A DNA stretch of 64,000 nt from an uncultured virus (IMG/VR IMGVR_UViG_3300010885_058768) (Duplodnaviria; Heunggongvirae; Uroviricota; Caudoviricetes). The stretch covers positions 1-64,000 of IMG/VR virus record IMGVR_UViG_3300010885_058768. One strand, 5' to 3'. Every line of letters begins with the position of its first letter. The first letter of the stretch is position 1. Positions 28,901 to 36,700 of this stretch are shown one piece after another. A program made the position numbers and the translations under genes. The notes below the pieces were generated by a model that was not told the origin of the DNA, did no database searches, and saw nothing but the letters and a program-made list of their open reading frames with translations.

Positions 28901-31900
28901 CTAAGAGTGACCTAAAGGATAAGCTATCAGACAAGTTCTACATGAAGCAGCTGCAGGAAGGCTTTGCGGTTGACGCTCTTCTTGCCAACTGGGACGTGGC
29001 CGGCCTAGAGTACGACAACGTGGTATCTGACGCAGAGGGACTTCCTGTTCGCGTTGACCCAGGAGGCGCGCTTCTGTTCCGCGCTCAGGGAACTCCAAAG
29101 ACAGACGACCAGTTCAATGAAAACGTACCCGAGCTGGACACCTTTACCGACAAGAACAGCTCGCGTCCTGCCGCCAAGATATTTAGCTCGATGACTGCAA
29201 GTGAAAAGTTGGACTCCGCGGTAAAGCTTAGTGACCTAGACGATGACGTTATCGATAACTTGGTGAATGAACACATCTCAGATGAAGCCGCGGCAGATAA
29301 GCTAAAGAAGCTCCTCAAGGCCCGTAGGGACAACATCCTAAGCAAACTAGTATCATCTAAGGTATTCGAAGACGAGGCCTCTAAGCAAGGCGAGAGCAGC
29401 GAACCGGACGAGGAATTCCCGCCGTACGCCTATGGCGAAAAGAAGTCGCACTCTGAAGGTGACCGAGTTGACGTGCTGTGGGACCCTAAAAATGGCGTAG
29501 AAATGACAGGCGAGGTCGTGTCTGGTCCAACTGAAGACCAGATGTATAAGATTAGGCTCGATGACTCAAAGGTTAATGGCGACCAGGCTGGCAATGTAAT
29601 AACTGCTAACATAGTGTCTCTTCGTCCAGAGCAGGCAAAGCCAAACTTTGATGAAGACGAGAAACCTGCTGCAGCTCCTGAGGTGAAGACCTCTACAGGC
29701 GAGCTAAAGCCTGGAGACAAGGTTGTCTACAAGGACGGCTCAACTGGAACTATCGTCAAGGCGGACAAGAACCCTAAGTACGTTCACGTTGCGATGGACA
29801 GCAAGGGTGGAAAGCTTCAAATCAAGGCTCTAAGCAAGTTGACCAAGGTCGAGAGTGCGCCAGACGAAAAGGCAGCGCCTGCTCTATCTCCATCTGGTAA
29901 GAAAATCGTTCCTAAACCTACTGCCAAGACTGTGCCAACGAAAACTGAGCCAGAGCCAGCAGCGGATGCAGACGCCACCTCCACTGGATTCACTAACTTC
30001 AAGGACGCGAACGGCGTCACTTGGTCATCGTCCATAACGCAGAAGTCCAATGGCGACACTGTAATTAAGTGGGATGGCACTAACGGAGAAACGTTCCCGG
30101 TCTACCTAGAGTTAGATAGCTTTGCTGGTACTTGGAAGGTAATGAAAACTGACTGGGCAGGACATCCGTTTTTAGTAAAGGACACCTGGGACTCAGACAG
30201 CGCCGGGGCTCTTAACTTCGTGGCCAATGAAATTAAAGGCGGCCAGGGCGCGACAGACGACCTTGGAGATGAGCCGTCTATAGTTCCACTGAAGCCAGTT
30301 GGCAACGACATGCTTGCGTTCAACGACGGCAATGGAACAACCTATCCCGAGCTGCCTTCAGTAGTGCTGCTAAAGGACCCTGACTCTGCAGACTCTAACC
30401 CAAAGTATTGGATTCAAATTGAGCCTGCGGCAGACCAAAACTGGTCGCCATTTGAGGACCACATGAGCTCTCCCGCCACTCGTTCTCTTGCCGAGGCGAT
30501 TAGCATAGTCAACTCTCATCTAAAGAATAAGGGAGTTACTAAGGAAAACGTCGATAGTCAAGTTGGAGACAAGGAAGTTGTAAAGTGGGACGTGTACGGT
30601 CCTGGTCTAGTGACAAGCAACGTGGACACCAAGGCCTTAGCTGAAACCGGATTGATGTCTCCAGTCGACCCGACTAAGCCGATGTTTAGGGTTAAAGAGA
30701 CTCCTGAAGGGTCGCTGGACTTGGTAATAGTTCCGCCTGACACTAGCGGACTGGACTTAACTGCTATTACAGTTCCTGACTCTGAATCGCTTGACGTTGC
30801 CGTCTCGGAGGCTCTGGCTGCCGACTACAAGGAGACAAGCAACTATACGCCAAATGAAAAAGAGATTAACTGGATTCAGGCGCTTAGTGGAAACCACCTC
30901 AAGGACACGTCTAAGTGGGACGTAGATATGCTAAAGAATGCGTCATCAACTGGCACCGATGTAACTAAAAGTGGCAACGCTGGAGACGGCTACATCGTAG
31001 ACTCTAAGCAGAGGCCAATAGGTAAGGGAGAACTTGTAGTTCTGTCTGACGGTAGAACTGGAATATTAGCCCACGTAGGTCTTCCAGATGGAGAGATAAA
31101 GTACGACGCTCCTCAACCTACCGCGACAATTGTTTTTGCCGATGGAAGCACTGAAGCTGTAGACTCAGACAAGATTAGAGGTATTGGAAGATCTCTCTCG
31201 ATGGGTTACAACGCAGGCAGTGAGCTAACTAGAATTAAGAGACGCTATGAGCTGCAGAACATGGAGAAGACAGGAGTGGACCTTACTCCTGAGCAAAAGG
31301 CCGCGGCGGCTTCTAAACCGTTCTTTACTGGTCGAATCGTGAAAGACGCGAAGGGGGAGGAAGGCTTTATCGTCGAGGATAAGGGAGACGGCTACTTCAA
31401 GGTCCAATTTGGCGATGGCCACATCAAGTCAAGAGCCGGAAGTAAGCTCACCGCGACCGATAAACAGGTTAGGGACTACAACGGTCTAATGTACACAGCT
31501 ACCCACGTTAGAAAAGGATACGTCAAAGGCCTAATGAACTACGGGCAGACTGGCGGAGAGGGACTCGCAGTCCCGGTTCAACTTTCTGACCCGGGACAGA
31601 AGACCACTGCCGCTGGAGTTTCATACGGCAACGTGAAGGTTACCAAGAACGCGCTTGGAGCTCAACAGGTTGTTGTCGACAACCCGTTGCCTCCAACTGA
31701 GTCCGGCTTTACCAGCATCCCATCTCTCTCAACGGCCGTAGAGACAACGCTAAACCCTGACGACCCGCAGGCCGCTCTTAGAGGAGCCTCCGCAGCCTGG
31801 GACTCAGACTCAATTGAGGACCTAGACGTTAGATTCATGAGAGCAATCAACGAAAAGGGTGAGGACTCACTGTCCGCGAAGTTTAAGCTAACTGCCTGGG

Positions 31901-33096
31901 CTGGAGACGCGTTTATAAATGACCTAATGAAACGCGCGGCAGAAGGCGACCAGAGCGTGACTATCACTGACGCGCTGCGCGTTCCAAAGCAGGTGATTAA
32001 CTCCAACGGTGTTCTTTCATACGACCCATCTGAGCTTTCTGCAGCAGGCTTGACAGGAGCCGCGTATTCAAGCAGCGAAGGAACTACCGCCACGGTCACC
32101 TTAGACGATGGCACTAAGATTGTCTTTATGAGAGCTGATAACGCTACAAAGGCTAAGGGAGAAGGAGTCAACCTCTCGAGCGGCACCAACGTGATTGCCT
32201 TCCACAACAAGGTGCTGGTTCTCTTCCCAGAAGGAGCTAAGAACGACCCAGACGCAATCGCTAAGGTGCTGGCACAGGCTGGAGTCCGCGATTCCAGGCC
32301 GGCGACAGAAGCGGACGCTAAGACACTTATAGAAAACCGCCTAATCAGCATCTTTGCTGGAAAGACCAACCCGAAAACAAATCCAGGTGGCGCGACTAGA
32401 GCTACTCTCCTTGACGAGGTAAAGGCTAAGTTCGACATCGGACCGGAGGACGTGACCATGTCCACCGGCGGCGGCGGTAGAGTCGAGATGAGGCTGTCAG
32501 AAGAAAAGGCCAAGGCGCTTGCTAAAAAGACAAACATCGCTCACTTCAAGCACACGTGGCACAGTACCGGTCAAATAGCCCAAAACATGGGAGAAAGCGA
32601 CGAGGACTTTAGAGATAGAGTTGCAGACGCGGTAGCCGCTAAGCTGGCGACTCCTCAAGGCGGACTTCTTTCTACGACCACTCGCTGGACAGAGGGTATC
32701 CCGACGTCAGGAATGAGCAGCGCCTCTGACGTAAAAACAGGCGGTGGAGACTACGTGTTCTTGACCCCACAAGGCGCCTGGGCTGGCAAATCTGGAAGCT
32801 ATTACAACGGAGCGCCTACCATCTACTTCTCTCCAGAGAAGCTCTTCCGTAGACTTGACTTCTGGGCGAACGCGACTGACAAGTATGGCGCTAGGTCCGA
32901 GAGCAAGACAGCCATGACCGACATGGTTCCTGGCTCCTACGAGGCCATGTTCAAGCAAAGAGTTAGCTTTGACGACCTAGACTCTCTACAAGTAAGAACA
33001 GATGCGCATAGGGATGCACTTATAAAGGCGCTTAAAAAGCGTGGAGTCTACGACTTTGGCGGAGTGCCAATTGAGCAAATAATACAGGTAAGCTAA
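19921..33096 (+). CDS. Giant 4391-aa polyvalent, probably virion-associated protein
   Basis: Single 13-kb ORF between portal and protease; internal repeats, kinase-like and ART-like domains. Confidence 0.8.
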   Translation: MSIQNIVLPLSLRLRIAEIVSEKNNSVLAARQVPLTAAYVVARRAIALTASLDPSVEGYVAIKAVTAFTTLAIDGRTSLTASSGLDIYRDVLPIGHPEFSNAAVLPIKTLRAARAEWLAADPRIADEYRPLVASAFGATPGSLEQRHARARLDRVDSHSVPLDIVLAPLIAAARKIDIAALKARVADQLRDPHTGQWIEEGHFAMFDLKGPSGKIRKVFGQLVGGNDMLGYGEIHVTDDPDLGTGVVKVNKANITAVGGMLTDENLEKAGVDPQGKQRVYLNTDAQSLNDLAKTMDVAPSDWTWDANEDNSNGSKGAFISADGFKAVPVGEGGQNAKTFDIFDADDKPIETLQGEGWGNIQGGLQKIRQDMAKKVDAGKPATESTGTAQMIPAGKLQAGDKVDVAGKENTVVSVSKPYKYKVKPTDLKQTKSGYRNVVDVTLEDENGERVTKRWNPATEIQAIRPEGKEEAPAVEGEVEHGLSDTWTSVMNGALGKREQQLRDLEKSFPPDAAATAEMNELAAARARIKSGVVTEADLEKVKELLSQEDGADSLFTKPGSTISQIDKLLKYKFGKDGAPRSMSQESDDAGKTPIEPGQKVKGGVSDLLDDYDKELQKSGFDVGMRDGTWTSADGRLELSYEDDAWNVKFDGELAAKVTIWEEDENGKYYEPDDDSIYESIFDSLYGELTKDFTKEDYVDDMVSSGQRSIQEIKDLGKLPDESDEDFGARIKKLEDGLSSLESYIRSDDFKYLPDSMRTEAYGTYTPGTKASPMEQKLNSLLESARHAGYKSRELYLKDLFAKKKAEIDEASKATGPSPDAAAEGKVKAKNKAEAKGKMAEPATDAQKNYVKAMLKNPAVPDDVRSRIQADLDEQGDAINKNDIGLHIAELKNYPSKSLPTDKMYNSIQRELYARGASPEEVDKILADLPNMDKKQASDLIGSLKEKPDLAGEEATKNGFEETTNESDKYDGQRRWTKVEAGKRTTVLLNGDGWRVNHQSNVDPATGTWNDSQMQSIDHDSEKSSSADDVFKNAADTHETLGAKEELPIDESAVAADVAAEVKELSDKQKEPATDKQRAFVDSLLANPKVPADVKSDIESKLAAKPDMNKAEIGEIIGALKKLPGSDAPTSKMLNSVKRELIARGVPVNEANETRANLDGMSKSEVSDLISKLKSKDDAAGAQAAANGFVEATTPEDQAGGVRRFNLLGSDDELLAALTLDGEGFTVNRKDENGEDDELFLGRNLGSFERIANAAKAAQDLKNTDVTKTPGFDSESDREKKIATATYNRPGDSGTWMEGKTPDGQRGWSYYDADGNVTEVTENPDGSFTRRSSDAPEPVTFDSVDEAFSLDSKPSDTGSKMSDFQDDFDDIIEAVQGLDLSGDDESSDDTPASDLKNYVSNQVTQAEELIKKGDLLSAQASLALAAADANDSDVPGADELGDALNNAAKSIADIREAQKALGQGSGGGDEPPSTNAPSSAGDDDFENNVRDVSGDIMSIGEELDKNLKSSAINAIEEREVADGRTILKNAEDSMGQAQEALAAGDTETARKLIDQAASQLADASDVFENILDQSDEGKAVRKLGKSAGDLALKIRETLLDGQPRGGGSAGDRIFGKAGISDDRIMQAMEDVDDWVASEKGNEVSGWDNKVGNLDQMISSFNDEPEARMQKTAEALYELGRELEDNGYKDSANTLFDMSKALSDEFYGDSDEDEDETSTSGTAEYAPATDWTPAENGFNFTGGDEPGEVSAALAKKKKKVEDLIADGDYGGALDELFDGAASIPMSRAMEDDLSGSYDGIQDGDVFYQNADTIVYKTKDGRWRVYSKDETDGFIDTGEPATDQLADELLKEMMAPKSDWTQARFYDPRLNDLFHANNAPGPSGNPANHTSTPNYKISFDGLRMPDDWAGDLGLPEKGEEEEPYSDGELIDTWLKNNGLDELGVKWDPSSTETTFGGANVNFEIPEGAKDKFGEAYYGEGATWKDLEDDEIPEAIEGGEPSSSIYSDTEKAAMNRNIGDSVVVVGKKGKEKPGKIIGVVPSSIGQYIVEHDDGSTSLPWYFDLKPEGAETPSADKKPTEARFNGKIGDSVVVVGKKGKEKPGKIIGYVPGSIGQYIVEHDDGSSSLPWYFDMKADGLETPSADGEGTTTSPAETEKPKKGNQIGERIVVIGKKGKEKPGKIIGYVPGSIGQYIVEHDDGTTSLPWSYETKPEGGETNLGSSGRSSEQVARDAENAKKTANELAAEWNSKPFPIADPDSLASEESLTKMRNILLDGATNSDYFGPALKAIDDPNLSGTEKLQRIADALTERGVGSDGKGVDLPNANPGLPLNGDYSGREKALWAKSNITRALNLNGIFSTKEKEAGKDKLSPRLQKIVDAELKKRSEGDEGNEGTGGVDPKVPSPSKPGGGGAEASTSENSSPELTSKVEGTNAQLTKRFASRDERDAWLKSIPKGAEAGIAISISSPTDFDFYNKKREHYEVKIDFDTRTEGLGVPKGLGAGRKKAIEWAEKEGFDLSEGEHSSESLVPKVNVDDKITMSNIRFDDKIDQAEKIEAKLKPGEEKDSARLRIKLARDKISKARKARLDGDLEESEKLTEEASAELTAMAEDIEKYMVSPKSQDAKYGLKNKEIREDAAKLAKAVEAVTAKSRIAFAEEKEAKSTESSASSSSTITGDKYKKLIDNAYEKYDPGVAQHSWDTKGIGESIMSHLTGIADDIKSGKELDAKDAAKKMRQLASMYNELADAATGSEGEDGAEWSTDDSSIQDLIQGAQELEKQADLLDPKAVDSPKAEAPSEPDSGETQEPISVDSVLTDGSLASKITKNADMDAAELEQLSTRIAKELENNPQLAAVLKLSGDSPILSALEELNSSNGESSQGLEGDLNVLRDTLDSTIEDSELIDSLTRLLKSVEKKNNTKNLTGFKKISEAKGSNPGGIYEDPKTGERFYVKFPKSTLHGENEALASAIYEELGVRSVKVEQGELDGKPVTYTRMIDGAKSDLKDKLSDKFYMKQLQEGFAVDALLANWDVAGLEYDNVVSDAEGLPVRVDPGGALLFRAQGTPKTDDQFNENVPELDTFTDKNSSRPAAKIFSSMTASEKLDSAVKLSDLDDDVIDNLVNEHISDEAAADKLKKLLKARRDNILSKLVSSKVFEDEASKQGESSEPDEEFPPYAYGEKKSHSEGDRVDVLWDPKNGVEMTGEVVSGPTEDQMYKIRLDDSKVNGDQAGNVITANIVSLRPEQAKPNFDEDEKPAAAPEVKTSTGELKPGDKVVYKDGSTGTIVKADKNPKYVHVAMDSKGGKLQIKALSKLTKVESAPDEKAAPALSPSGKKIVPKPTAKTVPTKTEPEPAADADATSTGFTNFKDANGVTWSSSITQKSNGDTVIKWDGTNGETFPVYLELDSFAGTWKVMKTDWAGHPFLVKDTWDSDSAGALNFVANEIKGGQGATDDLGDEPSIVPLKPVGNDMLAFNDGNGTTYPELPSVVLLKDPDSADSNPKYWIQIEPAADQNWSPFEDHMSSPATRSLAEAISIVNSHLKNKGVTKENVDSQVGDKEVVKWDVYGPGLVTSNVDTKALAETGLMSPVDPTKPMFRVKETPEGSLDLVIVPPDTSGLDLTAITVPDSESLDVAVSEALAADYKETSNYTPNEKEINWIQALSGNHLKDTSKWDVDMLKNASSTGTDVTKSGNAGDGYIVDSKQRPIGKGELVVLSDGRTGILAHVGLPDGEIKYDAPQPTATIVFADGSTEAVDSDKIRGIGRSLSMGYNAGSELTRIKRRYELQNMEKTGVDLTPEQKAAAASKPFFTGRIVKDAKGEEGFIVEDKGDGYFKVQFGDGHIKSRAGSKLTATDKQVRDYNGLMYTATHVRKGYVKGLMNYGQTGGEGLAVPVQLSDPGQKTTAAGVSYGNVKVTKNALGAQQVVVDNPLPPTESGFTSIPSLSTAVETTLNPDDPQAALRGASAAWDSDSIEDLDVRFMRAINEKGEDSLSAKFKLTAWAGDAFINDLMKRAAEGDQSVTITDALRVPKQVINSNGVLSYDPSELSAAGLTGAAYSSSEGTTATVTLDDGTKIVFMRADNATKAKGEGVNLSSGTNVIAFHNKVLVLFPEGAKNDPDAIAKVLAQAGVRDSRPATEADAKTLIENRLISIFAGKTNPKTNPGGATRATLLDEVKAKFDIGPEDVTMSTGGGGRVEMRLSEEKAKALAKKTNIAHFKHTWHSTGQIAQNMGESDEDFRDRVADAVAAKLATPQGGLLSTTTRWTEGIPTSGMSSASDVKTGGGDYVFLTPQGAWAGKSGSYYNGAPTIYFSPEKLFRRLDFWANATDKYGARSESKTAMTDMVPGSYEAMFKQRVSFDDLDSLQVRTDAHRDALIKALKKRGVYDFGGVPIEQIIQVS
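25960..26545 (+). repeat. Three near-identical SH3/KOW-like repeats in the giant protein
   Basis: IG..VVVGKKGKEKPGKIIG.VP.SIGQYIVEHDDG..SLPW x3, with DNA-level identity. Confidence 0.9.
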
Positions 33097-33103
33097 GGTA
33101 GAG

Positions 33104-33766
33104 ATGATGCAAGGTAAGCCAATTTTTAGAAAAATAGACCGCGGTGGCGACAAAATCTACATGCAAGGACCGGCTGTCCTGCAGATAGGCAAGCCACGCC
33201 TAGACGAGATAACCGGCTACGTTCCCATTGTGTCCGTGCAGCTAAACTACGATAGGGTGTCAAAGGCCTACTCAGTGATGGCCTCGGGAGTCTACAGAGT
33301 TAGAGAGTACGAGCTAAAGTCTATAAATGACTTTAAGTTTATGCCTACTCTCAATAAGATAACATTTGAGTTTCAAGGTACAATGTATACTGTACGACCG
33401 TTCAAAGACGAGGACGGCCACTGGGCTTCAAGCACAGAAGGTCCAGTTCCTTCAGACATACTAGAGGACATCCTGGTCAACAGCTTTAAGGCGGAAATTG
33501 GAGAAGAGAATCTGTTCATGAACGAATCATTAACGGCTCTTACAGACGAGACAACTGGCGAGGTTGTCTACCTGTTGTACACCGGAGCAAAGAAGACCTT
33601 CACGCGTAAAGGCGGAGAATGGCTTGAGCTTCACGACCCTAAGGGCGAGCTACTTGATGGACTAAACCTCTTTGACGTGGTTCCGGCCTTTGTAAAGTTC
33701 TATGACGAGAAGAACGGAAAGGTCTCTGAAAAGGACATCAATAAATTTGAAATGGAAATGAGCTAG
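33104..33766 (+). CDS. Hypothetical head-region protein
   Basis: ORF in operon. Confidence 0.8.
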   Translation: MMQGKPIFRKIDRGGDKIYMQGPAVLQIGKPRLDEITGYVPIVSVQLNYDRVSKAYSVMASGVYRVREYELKSINDFKFMPTLNKITFEFQGTMYTVRPFKDEDGHWASSTEGPVPSDILEDILVNSFKAEIGEENLFMNESLTALTDETTGEVVYLLYTGAKKTFTRKGGEWLELHDPKGELLDGLNLFDVVPAFVKFYDEKNGKVSEKDINKFEMEMS

Positions 33767-33774
33767 GACACGCC

Positions 33775-36700
33775 ATGGCAAAAATAGCAGGGTACAATTC
33801 TTCTCTAGTTCTTTTGGTTGAAGGCGAGAACGCAGTCGTCGTTGACACCAGCAAAAACCTTGTGGTGGACTCTGGAACTAAGGAGGCTCTAGCCTCAAAG
33901 AAAAATTGGAAAAAGAGCAAGAGCTGCGAGGTTACTCCAGCGATGCTAGAGATAGCAGACGCAGCACTTTCGTCTCTAGACGTTTCGGTTATCACCGCGG
34001 CTGCTGGTAGACTGTACACTGTCCCTAGCTCAGTGCAGGCAGAGGCAAAGAAGGCGCTTGAGTGGCGCAAGGAGCACAAGCGCGGCGGAACTCCAGTCGG
34101 TCTAAGCACCGCGCGCACTCTTGCCAAAGGCGGTCAAATTGGACTTCAAAAGGTTCGTCACATCGCGAAGTACTTCCCTCGTCACGAGGTAGACAAAAAG
34201 GCTAAGGGCTACGAACGCGGTGAAGACGGATTCCCGTCTAATGGCCGCATTGCCTGGGCTCTCTGGGGTGGAGACGCCGGTTGGCGCTGGGCAAAAAACA
34301 TCGTTGAGCGTGAGAACAAGAAGGCTCTTACCTCTGATGGATACGCTCTTCCGGGATACTCAATAGACGACGACACCTACGCTATTAGCGAGCCTGGCTA
34401 CGGAGCAGATTTAAACGCATTTGGAGACGCGCACGCGTTAGACGATGGCGGTCCTGAGTTCATGGCTCGTGTTCGTATGGATGGCTCCGGCATGGACCGT
34501 CTATACAAGGTCGACGTCGATGGGCGTGTCTACTTCTGGGATGACGGAGGCTGGGACGACCTAGGCTCTATCGATGGAGACATTTACTTCTACGACAAGT
34601 CTCTTGATGACCCGTATGACGACTGTGATAAGTCTCACTTCATAATCGACCCTGACTCGGCGCTAATTATTTCTGCGCTTCTTCAACAGGACCCGTACAC
34701 CAACGTGTCGGTTGATGACATCGACTCACATGAGGCCTCTCTTGCTAGAAACGCCATCGCCGAAGAAGACTGGGGCATGGTTGACCGAGTTGCGCGGGCG
34801 AGCGACGAAGACCCTTACTATCCGATGATGGCAGCCGCGGCTATGCCGGTAGACAAAGAAGCAGAAAAAGAGGAAGCTCCTGCTCCTGCCGTAGACACTA
34901 AGGGAATCTTAGGAGAGCCACATAAGGAGGACAACGCTCCTGCCGCTAAAATCGACAGTGAACTTCCTGCTCTTACCGCAAAAGACCTTGGCCTAATTCT
35001 AAACGACTGGCCTGGTTGGGTTATGGACCAGAGAAAGACCACGACTGAGCAAGGACTAGTTGCACAGCGCACGACTACCTCCGATGACTACTCAGTCAGC
35101 GATTCAGTAGACACGGACAAATCCTATGAGCACCCTCTACTAAAGCCTTGGCTAGACAAAAAGGCCGCTGGCATCTCAACAAAGTCTACTGATAACCCGG
35201 CGCTACTGTCTGCCGCTGAGCCAGTCTCAGCTAAGCCTACAACAGTAAAGGACATAGAAGAGGCTGCCAAGGAGACAAAACCTGGCTCCGAGGTCACTCC
35301 TGGCAAAACAGACGTGCAACCTATGTACCTAGCATTTGTTTCTCCTGATGACCCTCACGCGGTGTTTGACCTTATTGCACTTGTTCCAGCGAGCTCAACC
35401 TCTAACCAGCCGATGACATACCGTCGTCAGGATAAGAAATGGGTGCGCTATCCAAGTGCTCTGCAGGACCTAAAGTCAGCTACTCCTCCGCCAGTCGTGC
35501 CTCTTGATAAGGAAGCACTGGACGCTACTCTAAAGCAGATTGACGGCATGTACGAAGCACTAAACGCGTCAGTGTTTTCAGTTGACCACCAGCTGATGGT
35601 GCTTTGGGGTCCAAGCGCTGTACGCATGGAAGACGCGCTGGTCGCCGCAGGTGGAGTAGACAAGAACCGCGGCAACGCGGAAAGACTCCGCAGGTACTGG
35701 TCTCACGGCAAGGGAGCAGCTAAGATTCGCTGGGGCACAAAGGGTGACTGGTCTCGCTGTGTTCGTCATCTGTCTAAGTTCCTTGGAGTTAGAGCTAAGG
35801 GATACTGCCAGTTGCGCCACAAGGAAGCAACCGGCATGTACACCGCTACTCACGCCAAACTCGACCGCGCAAAGCATAACTCAAATTCAGAGTTTATTAT
35901 GGAAGAGGTCTACGCTAAGAACACGGGAGTTCCGACTGCTGTGACTGAGCAGGACATGGCTAAGAAGTTAACCGAAATCATGGTTGAGCACGACGACGTG
36001 TACGACCACCACTGGAAGCCTGAGCCACAGATTGTCGATGACCTAAAGAGGCTAAATCTTCTAGACGACGAAGAGTTCGAAGCGATAGTTGCGGCTGGAG
36101 GTTTTGACAGAAACCGCGGAAACGCAGAAGAGCTTCGCCGTTATTGGACTGTAGGCAAGGGCGCTAAAAAGATTCGCTGGGGAACCGGTGGAGATTGGAC
36201 TAGATGTGTTAGGCAGCTGTCTAAGTACCTAGGCCCACGCGCTAAGGGATACTGTCAACTTCGTCACAAGGAAGTGACTGGTGAATACACCGGTGACCGA
36301 GCTCACATGGAAAAGTATGGCCATCTAAAGAAAAAGACCTGGCGCGACCGTCTAAAGCTATTTAGCATCGAGGAAAAGGTTATTGAACTTGCCGAGCGAG
36401 ACGCACTGGCAGCAGGCCTACGAGAGAGAATGGGTCTCACTGCTTCAGCGGTAGAGACAGGCGCGGGTTCGGCGTTTAGAATTCCATTGGCAATCCCAGA
36501 GGACGTCGAGTCTGGTGACGGCCGTCTATTCAAGAAGGACTCAATTACTGTTCGCGAGTTGCCTATCCCGCTTCTATGGCAGCTAAAGACAGGAGAGGGC
36601 CACAGTGGCTCTGTTGTAGTTGGTCGCGTCGACCGTCTTGAAAGAGTGGAAAACGGTATCGGAAATGCCTATGGTGTTTTTGATGACGGCAAGCATGGCA

